DNA from: an uncultured virus (IMG/VR IMGVR_UViG_3300032050_000089)
Taxonomy: Duplodnaviria; Heunggongvirae; Uroviricota; Caudoviricetes
Reading direction: 5' to 3' (one strand)
IMG/VR virus record: IMGVR_UViG_3300032050_000089
Length of the DNA stretch: 64,000 nucleotides
Shown here: positions 9,795 to 19,368 of the stretch, piece after piece
How positions within the stretch are numbered: position 1 is the stretch's first letter
Layout of the letters: each line of letters opens with the position of its first letter
Translations under genes and position numbers: made by a program
Notes under the pieces: generated by a model
What the model was told of the DNA's origin: nothing
Databases searched by the model: none
The model's input: only the letters and a program-made list of their open reading frames with translations

Positions 9795-11189
9795 TCAGTT
9801 ACCAGTGTTACCGTGGAGGTTGGTGACTGCGAAGAGTCTATAGTACTGATTCTTACCTTCGGTCATGGTTGCACCAAGTGGCGAACCAGCGTCGCGGACG
9901 AATGGATTCTGGACCATGCCGTAGCGGGTCTTGAAGCCAATCTTGGGCTGGAAGGTATCAGGATCGACTGCACGAACCATCTGGAGTGGAACGTATGGGC
10001 AGTAGAAGAGACCAGCGTCGTAGGGGCTTGCGCCTCTATAGCCAACGCAGACGAAGTTCTGGGTTGCGCTGCTGTAGGGGTCGATGTAAACGCGCATCTT
10101 ACCAGCTAGAATACCAGCGAAGGTGTTTCCGGTATCGTCAACTTCAAGCTGGGTAGCAGGAGCTGGGGTCAACTGGAGGAAGCCACCCATGGTGAGGGCT
10201 GAAGCAACGTCTGATGAGCAGACGATGAAGTTACCCTTACCGCGACGAGTATCCTTAGCGATTACATTAGCTTCACGTTCAATCTGGAACATGAGGCCAC
10301 GGAAGCGTTCTGCGCTCCAACGACCGTCTGAGTCGAGAGCGAGGTCATATGCACCACCAGTACCGGGAGTTGCTGATTTATAGTAAAGATCTGACTGCTG
10401 TGCGCCTAGCTTGGCAACGTGATAAATGTTGCGGATAAGCTCGCGGTTCATTTCAGCAAGAATTTCAGTGCTGAGGATGTTGGCGAGTTCGGTTTCAGCG
10501 TCAAGTCCGTGAACAGCCTTGAGGTCCTGAGCAAGCTCAGTGGTGTACTCTGCCTTTAGAGCGCGAGTCTTGGCAGTTACGGCAATACGGTCGATAGCAA
10601 AAGCCATTTCCTTAAATGGAGTTCCAGCAACTCCAAGATTTTCAGCGGTGCTTGTGTTAAACGCCTTGAAATCTTCTCCAAAGATAGTAGCCTTTGAAAC
10701 AGTATTTCCAGAGAAGCTTAGTGGGGCGACTCCAGTAAGTGGATCGGTTGCAGCACCAGTTGAGGTTGAACCTGAACCGCTGAACTTAGCGAATGGTTCA
10801 GCGAATAGAGCTTCATCTCCACTCTGGCTGTCATACTTAGATCTCATTGCGAAAATGAGTCCGGTAGGAGCAGTCATGGGCTGAACACCAGCGATATCGT
10901 AGGCCATGAGGTTAGGCATAGCACGACGAACAAGGCTGATGAGGATTGGGTCATAACCAGCTAGGTTGGTGTTAGGGGCACCATTAGTGTTAAGATTGAA
11001 TCCACCACCAATTGCATTGGCTGAAGTTTCGGTTAGATACTGCTGACGCATAGCAGCTTCTTGGTTCTCAAGAAGGACTGCGGTTACTTTCTTCTTGTAT
11101 ACATCTTCAATAGCGGGAACTGCGTCGTGATTTAGGACGGGGTTCCACTTTTCAGTTAAAATATCATACGGTGTTGAGTCTTCGAACAT
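9795..11189 (-). CDS. gp23: Major capsid protein
   Basis: LISLVRRAMPNL, GVQPMTAPTGLIFAMRS, RALKAEYT.ELAQDLKAVHGLDAE.EL, FQPKIGFKTRYG. Confidence 0.99.
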   Translation of the reverse strand: MFEDSTPYDILTEKWNPVLNHDAVPAIEDVYKKKVTAVLLENQEAAMRQQYLTETSANAIGGGFNLNTNGAPNTNLAGYDPILISLVRRAMPNLMAYDIAGVQPMTAPTGLIFAMRSKYDSQSGDEALFAEPFAKFSGSGSTSTGAATDPLTGVAPLSFSGNTVSKATIFGEDFKAFNTSTAENLGVAGTPFKEMAFAIDRIAVTAKTRALKAEYTTELAQDLKAVHGLDAETELANILSTEILAEMNRELIRNIYHVAKLGAQQSDLYYKSATPGTGGAYDLALDSDGRWSAERFRGLMFQIEREANVIAKDTRRGKGNFIVCSSDVASALTMGGFLQLTPAPATQLEVDDTGNTFAGILAGKMRVYIDPYSSATQNFVCVGYRGASPYDAGLFYCPYVPLQMVRAVDPDTFQPKIGFKTRYGMVQNPFVRDAGSPLGATMTEGKNQYYRLFAVTNLHGNTGN

Positions 11190-11227
11190 TTTTATTTTTC
11201 TCCTGTGTTATTTAGGTTAAATCCTGA

Positions 11228-12274
11228 TTATTTCTTAATGTGTCTACTCATTGCTCTAGCCACCTGAGCGACGGTTTCATTGTCAATAGTGGGTGCTGAA
11301 GGCTGAACCATCTCATGTAGATCCATTACTGGACTAGCTACTGGAGCTACTGAAGCTGGTCTGGCTTCTTGTTTTCTGAAGAAATAAGCTTCCTTAAGCG
11401 ATTGTAGCTTACCTCTAAACGAATCTTCTCCATCGAAATCAAGGCCCTTGGCAAGCGAACCTAGTTTCTCGACTTGTGTATCGGTTAATCCATGGCATTC
11501 TTCAAGGAAGATGCTTGAGATCTTATTGGCAACACTTTCCTTTTTGAGGTTCATGTTTTCGTTAATGACCTTGTTCATGGTTCTTGTCAATTCATCATTT
11601 TGTTCAAATAGTTCATCGACAAGGTTGTACTTCTCTTCTGGAACATCAATGTAATGTGCTTCGAATAGATTCTTGAGGCCACGAATGAAGTTTTCAGCAA
11701 CTTGAGTCTTGATGCCGCGTTCAACTTCAACCTTGTTCTCTGTCATCCATTCTTCTACGACATAGCCAAGATACTCATCAAGTTTCTCAGCCAATGTTCC
11801 TGCCATAATTTCAAGATTCTTCTCATACTGCTCGGCAAGAATCTTGGTGGTGTTCTTAGCGTGCTCTTCAACCTTTTCATTGAGTGCAGCAACAAACACG
11901 GTCTGTAGCTTGTTTACAACTTCTTCTGAAAGTGAAGCGTCAGCAAAGATTGCGTCAAATGCTTCCTTCATCTGAACAGGTGATACCTTGGGGGTAGCAA
12001 TAGTCATTTGGTTGTAGGGAGCAAGCTTGGCCATGTTTGGATCCATTCTTGGATCGGTTTGAATGAATACTCTACCGCCATTAGCATCCATGCTGCCCAT
12101 ACCATTGACATCAAAGTCAACGAATCCAGCTGCTTGTTTGCCGGGGTTAGAAGAAGTATCTTCATCCTCGGACTCATCGGTTTCGTCCTCGGTATCCATA
12201 TCTTCTTCCTCAGTTTCATCTTCCATTTCTTCGCTTAAAATTTCATCTTCGATATATTTTTTTCTATTTCTCAT
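11228..12274 (-). CDS. gp22: Prohead core scaffold protein
   Basis: DEYL.YVVEEWM.EN...E.GIK....E.FI.GLK.LF..HYIDVPEEK. Confidence 0.93.
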   Translation of the reverse strand: MRNRKKYIEDEILSEEMEDETEEEDMDTEDETDESEDEDTSSNPGKQAAGFVDFDVNGMGSMDANGGRVFIQTDPRMDPNMAKLAPYNQMTIATPKVSPVQMKEAFDAIFADASLSEEVVNKLQTVFVAALNEKVEEHAKNTTKILAEQYEKNLEIMAGTLAEKLDEYLGYVVEEWMTENKVEVERGIKTQVAENFIRGLKNLFEAHYIDVPEEKYNLVDELFEQNDELTRTMNKVINENMNLKKESVANKISSIFLEECHGLTDTQVEKLGSLAKGLDFDGEDSFRGKLQSLKEAYFFRKQEARPASVAPVASPVMDLHEMVQPSAPTIDNETVAQVARAMSRHIKK

Positions 12275-12294
12275 ATTTTCTCCTAAATTATTTA

Positions 12295-12792
12295 TTATTC
12301 TGCATCTTGAGCTGATGGCAGTAATGAATCAGCGGTTTGTGGACTTACTCTTTTAGTTCCATCAGATCTTTCTGTTGGATCAAAAATTGCAAATGGATTG
12401 TAGCGTGTAACGCTAACTGCCTTTGCTAACTGGAATGGATTTCTACCAGCAGCATTGACTAATGTATTTGCTAACGAACTACCAACGTCACGAAGACTTT
12501 GTACTAGAGTAACGTCCAAAAAATCTTTCATATTCTTTTGAAGAATATCTTTAAGGTTAATATCTCCTAATGACTGCTTAACTGCCGCAGATCCTATTAA
12601 TGCAGTGGCAGCATCTCTTACTAAAGTCTCTGGGGACATATTGTTTAAAGCTTTTTCTGCATAATTTGTTACATCAGCTTCAGAGTCAAATGAAGTTTGC
12701 TCTGCGAGAGTCTTTTCTTGAGACTTGAGAACATTCAACTCTTCCTGAAGTTGAGCAATTTGCTTTAAATATGTTTGTTCTAAGTAGTTCAT
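12295..12792 (-). CDS. Hypothetical protein inserted between gp21 and gp22
   Basis: 165-aa ORF overlapping the gp21 stop (ATGA). Confidence 0.7.
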   Translation of the reverse strand: MNYLEQTYLKQIAQLQEELNVLKSQEKTLAEQTSFDSEADVTNYAEKALNNMSPETLVRDAATALIGSAAVKQSLGDINLKDILQKNMKDFLDVTLVQSLRDVGSSLANTLVNAAGRNPFQLAKAVSVTRYNPFAIFDPTERSDGTKRVSPQTADSLLPSAQDAE

Positions 12793-13436
12793 AGATTTCT
12801 TAAAAAGTGTTCGAATGTCTTAAGAACCTTTTCTTGAAGTTGTTTACTTGGAGTCTTAAGAATTTCTTTCTTATAGTTTGAGATGGTTTGTTCTTTAAGA
12901 ACGCCATTGCTCCAAACCCATTCCTTACCTTCCATGATGCCATTGACAAAGGCATGTGGAGCAGAAGGATCTGCCACTATGTCAACTGCGGCAAGCATGA
13001 AGTCTTCTTGTACTTGATTTACGCCTTCTTTAGTCTTCTTGAGAGAACCCATGCCTCTAGAAGAAACCCCGAGTTGAACTCCTTCACCTAGAAGACTCTT
13101 TACGATCTTTCCAGTTGGAGTATCAAGAATCTTAGCCTTACCATAAACATCATTACCGCGTTCATGGAGTTCTGTGATAAGATGTGAGACTCTGTCTAGA
13201 TTGACAGAAGGACCAGTTGGGTGGTTTAATTCACCGAAGGCTCTCTTGTTATTGACATGTTCGTTGATGTAACGTCTTACCTCATTCATAAGAATAGGCT
13301 TGGGATAAGTTCTACCATTTCTATTCTTGGTATCAGCTTGCATGAAAATGCCTTCGATGAAATAGTTTTTACTATTACCATCGATACTTTCGGTAATTAC
13401 ACGAACATTTTCAACTGTTTCGGTGATTAACTTCAT
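12789..13436 (-). CDS. gp21: Prohead protease
   Basis: MKLITE, NRNGR.Y, GELNHP, LGVSSRGMGSL, DIVADPSAP.AFV.GIME. Confidence 0.98.
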   Translation of the reverse strand: MKLITETVENVRVITESIDGNSKNYFIEGIFMQADTKNRNGRTYPKPILMNEVRRYINEHVNNKRAFGELNHPTGPSVNLDRVSHLITELHERGNDVYGKAKILDTPTGKIVKSLLGEGVQLGVSSRGMGSLKKTKEGVNQVQEDFMLAAVDIVADPSAPHAFVNGIMEGKEWVWSNGVLKEQTISNYKKEILKTPSKQLQEKVLKTFEHFLRNL

Positions 13437-13726
13437 TTCTTGTTCTTCTTCTTAGCAGTAATGCTCTTTGCCTTTGCAACTGCTTTGTCCTGTGGCATTC
13501 CCATCTTCATGAACTTGGTAGCAATGGCATCTTCAGTATCGTTTCCGACCTGACCATCTCCATCGACATCTTGCATCTTACCTTCATTGAAATAGGTTCT
13601 TGAGACTTCGATGTACTTTTCGTTTAGTTTGTGTTTTAGCTTAGAATAAAGCATTTCGCGGACAGTGTTTCTAGCACCGACCGCATTCTCTTCAAGGATT
13701 TGTTTGAAAACTTTCTTTGATGACAT
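13433..13726 (-). CDS. Small prohead-region protein (gp67/gp68 position)
   Basis: Between gp20 and gp21; contains DVDGDGQVG. Confidence 0.6.
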   Translation of the reverse strand: MSSKKVFKQILEENAVGARNTVREMLYSKLKHKLNEKYIEVSRTYFNEGKMQDVDGDGQVGNDTEDAIATKFMKMGMPQDKAVAKAKSITAKKKNKK

Positions 13727-13728
13727 TT

Positions 13729-14130
13729 TTATTTCCTTATGTTTTTGCTGAAATCTAAAATATTTCTGTAGTTTTTGCTATTTTCAAATAGCGAAGAAGT
13801 CATTTTAACACGGTTATTTTCATTTAGATTATCAAACAAAATAGCCAACTTTTGCCCTTCTTTGCTACTAATACTTATATTTTCGCCACTGTTTAATTTA
13901 ATGTCTATAGGGTATTTTGCCTGTAAAGATTCCTTTATGACTGAAACGAATCTACCCATAGAATCAGTGGAGGTCTTTGGAGTGCATTTTTGAAGCATTT
14001 TATTTTGTTCAAAAAGCATTTTTTCATTAATCAACTGGCTAACTCTGAAAGAAAGCTCATTTTTGATGTTAAAATTAAGTTTGTTTTTGTCTAATGACTC
14101 AAAAACAATCTTTTTCAGTCTATGTTTCAT
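13729..14130 (-). CDS. Hypothetical prohead-region protein
   Basis: Overlaps the gp20 stop; LFDNLNENNR motif. Confidence 0.65.
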   Translation of the reverse strand: MKHRLKKIVFESLDKNKLNFNIKNELSFRVSQLINEKMLFEQNKMLQKCTPKTSTDSMGRFVSVIKESLQAKYPIDIKLNSGENISISSKEGQKLAILFDNLNENNRVKMTSSLFENSKNYRNILDFSKNIRK

Positions 14131-15668
14131 TGTTGCTCCTGTTGCATTTGCTGTTGTTGAGCTGCCGCAGCTTGTTGCATCTTCAAGATATCAAACTGCA
14201 TCTGAGTATTTATTACTTCAATATCTTCATCAGATTGCTTAAGAATATTCTTACGAATATAATCTGAAGAAAAATACTTACCAATGTATTGTTCAGCAGC
14301 GGCAACAAGGTCTAGTCTACTAGCAAGTACTTCTGCATCTTTAAGATCATTGAAATATGAATCTGTATTGAATTCAAATTCAATGTCGGAATACATGTCA
14401 TCCCAATCTTCTACAGTAATGATTCCCTTGAGAATTAACTGAACTTTGAGAAGATTCAAGAACAATACTGAGAAGCGTAAACGAATTCTTTCAATAAACT
14501 TGAAGAATTTAACTTCATCTCTGGTGATCTCAGCAGATCTGCCCATGTTAAACGTATTGTCACCCGCTAATCTTGATGCTGGAATATTAAGAGACTGATA
14601 AAGCTTGCGCTTGAAATATTCAACATCAGTCATTTCTCCTAGATTCTGGCCACCATCAAGAGTAGAGATTTCTGTACCTCTACCCCCTTCTCTTCTTGGC
14701 ATCCAGTAATCTTCAAGCATGGCCATGTGATTGCGATCATCTTTGATTTCACCAGTTGTCTGGTTGTAAATCATTCTGTTGCGATATCTGTTCATCAATT
14801 CACGCACATATTGTTCTGCCTTTTGCTTTGGCAAATTCCCAACGTCAACATAGAAAATGCGACGTTCTGGTGCGCGTGAAATTCTATACACTACAATTGC
14901 GTCTTCTAATTGACGCAACATGTTCATAGTTCTAATAGCCTTTTGGAGGTATCCAACGACTCTCTTTGTATTCATATCTACTAACCCAGAGTGAGCATAG
15001 CAGATTGAATCGGTTGATAATCTAAGACCAGTTGGTCCAGTTGATATTAAAGAATCTTTGTTAGTATCCGTATAAAGATAATATTCTTCAACTTCTTGAA
15101 TCATTGGTACGATGGCCGAGCCAACTCTCTTCTGATTCTTTTTAAGATTTTTGATTTTCTTGATTTTGATTGGATCAAGTGGTATAAGTTTTCTTATTCC
15201 TAGCTGAGGATTGTCATTATCAATTTCTAGGAAATAATAAATTTTTCCATCAATATACCATCTACGGAAAATTTCATAACATTTTCCTTTGAAATCCATA
15301 ATCTTCAGTAAGTTATCAAACTCTTTATGCATCTTTGATTTGATGCTATCCGAAAGATTAAGTTTATCTAATTGTAATTTAATTGGCTTACGATCTGTAC
15401 CAAGAACAATTGTTTCGTTTACAATTTCATCAATTGCTGTATCTACTTCAGGGTAGAGAGACATGTTTCGATACTGAGCAATGAATGCACCATCATCTCT
15501 AGCGTTGCCCGTAAAGTCGATGTAGGTGCCATAAACACCCCCAGTCTCTACTAGGTAACTGCCATCATAGTCTTCTGGTGGCATCGGGGAAGCAATCGAC
15601 TGATCACCTTCAACCTCTTTGCCTTTCTTCTTACCAAAACTAAAACCTAAAATATCAGATAGTGCCAT
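14127..15668 (-). CDS. gp20: Portal protein
   Basis: FRRWYIDG, YRISRAPERRIFYVDVGNLPK.KAEQY, MLEDYWMPRREGGRGTEI.TL.GGQNLGE. Confidence 0.99.
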   Translation of the reverse strand: MALSDILGFSFGKKKGKEVEGDQSIASPMPPEDYDGSYLVETGGVYGTYIDFTGNARDDGAFIAQYRNMSLYPEVDTAIDEIVNETIVLGTDRKPIKLQLDKLNLSDSIKSKMHKEFDNLLKIMDFKGKCYEIFRRWYIDGKIYYFLEIDNDNPQLGIRKLIPLDPIKIKKIKNLKKNQKRVGSAIVPMIQEVEEYYLYTDTNKDSLISTGPTGLRLSTDSICYAHSGLVDMNTKRVVGYLQKAIRTMNMLRQLEDAIVVYRISRAPERRIFYVDVGNLPKQKAEQYVRELMNRYRNRMIYNQTTGEIKDDRNHMAMLEDYWMPRREGGRGTEISTLDGGQNLGEMTDVEYFKRKLYQSLNIPASRLAGDNTFNMGRSAEITRDEVKFFKFIERIRLRFSVLFLNLLKVQLILKGIITVEDWDDMYSDIEFEFNTDSYFNDLKDAEVLASRLDLVAAAEQYIGKYFSSDYIRKNILKQSDEDIEVINTQMQFDILKMQQAAAAQQQQMQQEQQ

Positions 15669-15679
15669 AATAAATCCTA

Positions 15680-16255
15680 TTAATTAATATTAATTGTTCC
15701 GTCTTTTGTAAACACATCAACCACGCTATCGTATGCTATAACCATGCTAAATTGACACACGGTATTTTTTTGATTCATATCAAGTTCTATTGGGCCTACA
15801 ATGTAAGGAAAACATCCTTCAAGCGTAACGCTTTTAATTGTGTCGCCGTTTAACCCAAGTTGTTTAACAATCCAACCATTCTGCTTGTAAGAATCGTAGC
15901 TAGAAGCAGAGGTAGTTCTAAGATTTGAATCATGGTCGTTTATACTGTTACTCCATTTGTGGAATGCTTCCCAAACAGTATCAGTCCCCGTGTCATCTAG
16001 AATTGTGACATTCCAGAATGGAAATAGTCTATCTCCGGGATTCTTTAGAGTTCTACCTCTATAGTTATACCGAAGAGTTGTAAGATTTGCTGGAGGAACA
16101 TTTAATGCTAGAGCATGAATATGGAATCCACCAGTATTATCATTTCCCCACCCATTATTTGAATTGGGAATTTGCCCGGAAATAGAATATCTGTTTCCTC
16201 TTGGGAATGAGGTAAAAGCATCTCTGAAGGTTGAAATTTTGCTATCGCAGCTCAT
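15680..16255 (-). CDS. gp19: Tail tube protein, paralogue B
   Basis: YRGRTLK.PGDR.F..W.VTILDD, AFHKWSN.IN, VKQL, GCFP..VG.IELD. Confidence 0.88.
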   Translation of the reverse strand: MSCDSKISTFRDAFTSFPRGNRYSISGQIPNSNNGWGNDNTGGFHIHALALNVPPANLTTLRYNYRGRTLKNPGDRLFPFWNVTILDDTGTDTVWEAFHKWSNSINDHDSNLRTTSASSYDSYKQNGWIVKQLGLNGDTIKSVTLEGCFPYIVGPIELDMNQKNTVCQFSMVIAYDSVVDVFTKDGTININ

Positions 16256-16788
16256 GAGTATTTTGTTATCCTAAATTGATCGTAATTCATTGTTACATTA
16301 AAAACAACAGGATTAACATTTGAAGCATTAAAATTCAAAGCACCTACAGATGCTGGCCAACAACCAAGTAGCTCCAATTCACGAAGAGTGCCATTATTGG
16401 TTGTATTTAATTGTCTAACCTTCCAGTTAGTTTTTGTTTTTACAAAGTTAAGATTGTTACTATCCGTAACATTTCCTAAAATTTTATTAATTCTATTTGA
16501 CCAACTTGTAAATGCTTTCCACAAAGAATTTGTTCCGGTATCGTCATAAACGACCAAATTCCATGCTTCATATTCTCTATCCCCAGCAAGATTTAAAACT
16601 CTTCCTCTATAAGGAATTTGAATGATGCCAACATCTGATTGAGGCATACTGGCAGATACTACATGAAAGCAAGTTTGAGGATTCTCGGTAATGATGCTAG
16701 GCCAATTACCTTCAACCTCAAATCGGTTTTGGCGAGTGCCACCGTTGAATTTTTGTTTGAAATAACTTAGTGAATTTGCGTTGCTCAT
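16252..16788 (-). CDS. gp19: Tail tube protein, paralogue A
   Basis: GGTRQNRFEV, PYRGRVLNLAGDR.Y..W, VRQL, GCWP..VG.L.F. Confidence 0.9.
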   Translation of the reverse strand: MSNANSLSYFKQKFNGGTRQNRFEVEGNWPSIITENPQTCFHVVSASMPQSDVGIIQIPYRGRVLNLAGDREYEAWNLVVYDDTGTNSLWKAFTSWSNRINKILGNVTDSNNLNFVKTKTNWKVRQLNTTNNGTLRELELLGCWPASVGALNFNASNVNPVVFNVTMNYDQFRITKYS

Positions 16789-16815
16789 CGTTTTCTACCC
16801 TATTATCTATGTATT

Positions 16816-18228
16816 TTAAGGTATGATAATTATTGATTGCTCCACAAAATCATTAGTTGGATTGGTTGTATAGGCTACATCTACCTTCAACCTTCTATTT
16901 ATGCGATCTACCGGAGTGTTATTGGTATCATCAGCCACTACATTGAATGAATTAATAGCCCCATTAGACAACAGACCATTCATAAATGTAAGTATTTCGG
17001 AGGTTAGCTGTAACCGAGTAACTTCATTGTTAAGCTCAAACACATAATTTTCACAAATTGAAGTTATTTGAGTCTTAATAAATTTAGTTATATTAACAAA
17101 ATAAACACTCTTTTCGCTGAGAGCTAAAGTAAATGGTGCTGAATTATCGGTTTGAGATTCACAAGTTAGATCGCTTAAGAAATAGCAACCATAAATGCCA
17201 TCAAAACTATAGAATGTTGCATAATTTATTCTATTATTGATAAGTCCTGTTATAGTATTTTTAAATTCAGCTACCGAATTACTTTCAGAAAATGGCAAGA
17301 CATATTCAGTATCCTCTTGTACAATATTAAGCAATGGACCGATTAAAAAGTTTGATGTGCTTCCCCACGGAGTGCCAGCCAATTTCAATCTAGCAAATTG
17401 CCCTGCTAGATCATAAATCATAGGAACTGGAATTTTAGTCCAAAGTTCACTTGTAGCTTCTGGATCTGATTCTGGATTGATGCATCGATTTCTTATCTTT
17501 ACACCCAAAAGCTCTATAATATTTTGATCGATTAGTTTTCCATTTGAAACAATAAAATTATTATATTCTGAAGTACCATAAACACTTGATGAGAAATTGT
17601 CATATGCAAAAATTCCTAATGTTGGGAATTCCTCAGTAAATACATCAGCGGGAGCAATATCATCTTCAAAATTTGAATAGATTTCACCAAGTTGACCATT
17701 AAATGTAAAAGGCGTTCCTGCTGTATTTCCTTCTTCTTTTACTTCAAGAATAAAATAATTTAATAAGTTTTTTTCAAATTCTGTGTTTTGAATGATTATT
17801 GGAGTATCTTGAATTCCAGTAAACCCAGAACCAGTAAGTCCGTTAAAAATATTATTAACAATGCACCCAGCACCCGTAGAATTAACAACACTTTGAATAT
17901 TTTTTGATGTATATGCACCCGATACCGTCAGACCAGTAGTATTCATGACATATACTGATGCCCCATATTCCAACATCGTCATGATTCCGTGTAATTCTAC
18001 ATCTGCTCTTTTAATGTCATCAGAATCGGGACCAGATCGAAATGTTATGGCAGTATAACCAAATAGCGTATTGACAAAATCATCTAAAGATTCTACATAA
18101 GTTAACTGATCAGATCCAAGGCTGGAAGTGGTAATACCAGACAAAACACTCTGCGTTAATGGAGTAACAAAAGCGAGAACTTTAAAATCGCTTGGTGTAG
18201 AAGTTTGTCCGTAGTTAACTATGTTCAT
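16816..18228 (-). CDS. gp18: Tail sheath paralogue C (most diverged)
   Basis: YDLAGQFAR, YVFELNNEVTR, VADDTNNTPVDRINRRLKVDV sheath C-terminal motifs. Confidence 0.75.
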   Translation of the reverse strand: MNIVNYGQTSTPSDFKVLAFVTPLTQSVLSGITTSSLGSDQLTYVESLDDFVNTLFGYTAITFRSGPDSDDIKRADVELHGIMTMLEYGASVYVMNTTGLTVSGAYTSKNIQSVVNSTGAGCIVNNIFNGLTGSGFTGIQDTPIIIQNTEFEKNLLNYFILEVKEEGNTAGTPFTFNGQLGEIYSNFEDDIAPADVFTEEFPTLGIFAYDNFSSSVYGTSEYNNFIVSNGKLIDQNIIELLGVKIRNRCINPESDPEATSELWTKIPVPMIYDLAGQFARLKLAGTPWGSTSNFLIGPLLNIVQEDTEYVLPFSESNSVAEFKNTITGLINNRINYATFYSFDGIYGCYFLSDLTCESQTDNSAPFTLALSEKSVYFVNITKFIKTQITSICENYVFELNNEVTRLQLTSEILTFMNGLLSNGAINSFNVVADDTNNTPVDRINRRLKVDVAYTTNPTNDFVEQSIIIIP

Positions 18229-19358
18229 GACAACAGAGATATGCTGAAGCTTAGAGTAATACTCTTAACTGGTAGATTTGGTACTATTGTTAGATCTACC
18301 TTTAGCTGTCTCTGATTGATCACTGTTTGAGGATTATTAGTCTCGTCGCAAATTAAAGTGTAGCTAACCAAGGATCCGTTAGAAACCATAGGATCAAGAA
18401 TATTTTGCATTTTTGATTTGATGGCGGATCTAGTGGTAGCATCATTGAATTCAAAGACATAATCATCCAAGATAGATGTAACTTCACGATTAATATAAAG
18501 GAATGCCCTTGAGAATCCGTAGGAACTCTTTGCGCTTGTGCTATCTCGGAATCCAGTTTCATCTCCCCAAAGGTAATATTTACCCTTTGATTGAAGATAA
18601 TTAAAATAATTTATTCCTCTTGAAGCCAGTGTAGTCGATGATGTAAATGACAGCTTAGGAGTTACGTTTGTATAATTTAAAAGCTCGCCTCTATAAACAC
18701 CAGCAGAAGTGAGATAAGGTTTTGATTGAGCAGAAGCTCTTGCGTTCGCTCCGGCAGCATCAGATACAAGGAAGATTGTAATGGCACTTGTAGATGATGA
18801 ACTGCCTGTATAGAATCTTGGTCTTTCCTTATAGCCAATTATTGTGGCTGCAAGATAAGAAATTGCAGTTGTACCAGTAGCTCCTAATTGAGTTGTAACT
18901 GATGATATGATTGCGGCTTGATCTGGATTCGTATAATCTCCAGATTGATCTCTATCAGATCCAATAATAGCATTGCAGTTAAGTCGTGCCTTTGCAACAC
19001 TTATAACATCTGAATATCTAGAAGAATCTTCTGTAATGACTTCTGAAATCTTGGCTGATGATAAAGCAAGCCCTGCGGTGGTTCCCGCAATAACCATTTT
19101 ACCACCATATTCCATGCAATTAAAAATTGAATGAATTTCTTTATCAACGAGGCTGTTTGTTACAATACTGGTGTAGCTTGTTCTTTCAGCCAAAGTGGAA
19201 ATTGAATCAGAAATGGTTTCAAGATTTGTAAATGAATCAGTAGTTGTTCCTAATAAATTATATGTCGATGCGGAGCACAAAAACCCAGTGTAGTGATCTG
19301 TGGCAGACACTGGGGTTATGTTAAATGTGTTTGATTGTGTGGTTGTGGTAATCGGCAT
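18225..19358 (-). CDS. gp18: Tail sheath paralogue B (compact, 377 aa)
   Basis: SDAAGANAR, LWGD.T, YVFEFNDATTR, ICDETNNPQTVI. Confidence 0.85.
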   Translation of the reverse strand: MPITTTTQSNTFNITPVSATDHYTGFLCSASTYNLLGTTTDSFTNLETISDSISTLAERTSYTSIVTNSLVDKEIHSIFNCMEYGGKMVIAGTTAGLALSSAKISEVITEDSSRYSDVISVAKARLNCNAIIGSDRDQSGDYTNPDQAAIISSVTTQLGATGTTAISYLAATIIGYKERPRFYTGSSSSTSAITIFLVSDAAGANARASAQSKPYLTSAGVYRGELLNYTNVTPKLSFTSSTTLASRGINYFNYLQSKGKYYLWGDETGFRDSTSAKSSYGFSRAFLYINREVTSILDDYVFEFNDATTRSAIKSKMQNILDPMVSNGSLVSYTLICDETNNPQTVINQRQLKVDLTIVPNLPVKSITLSFSISLLS

Positions 19359-19368
19359 ATACTATTTA

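Noticed and set aside
9732..10884. Several + strand ORFs opposite gp23 (and similar shadows opposite gp44, gp22, gp17)
   Set aside because: Antisense shadows of strongly codon-biased genes; no RBS or recognisable motifs
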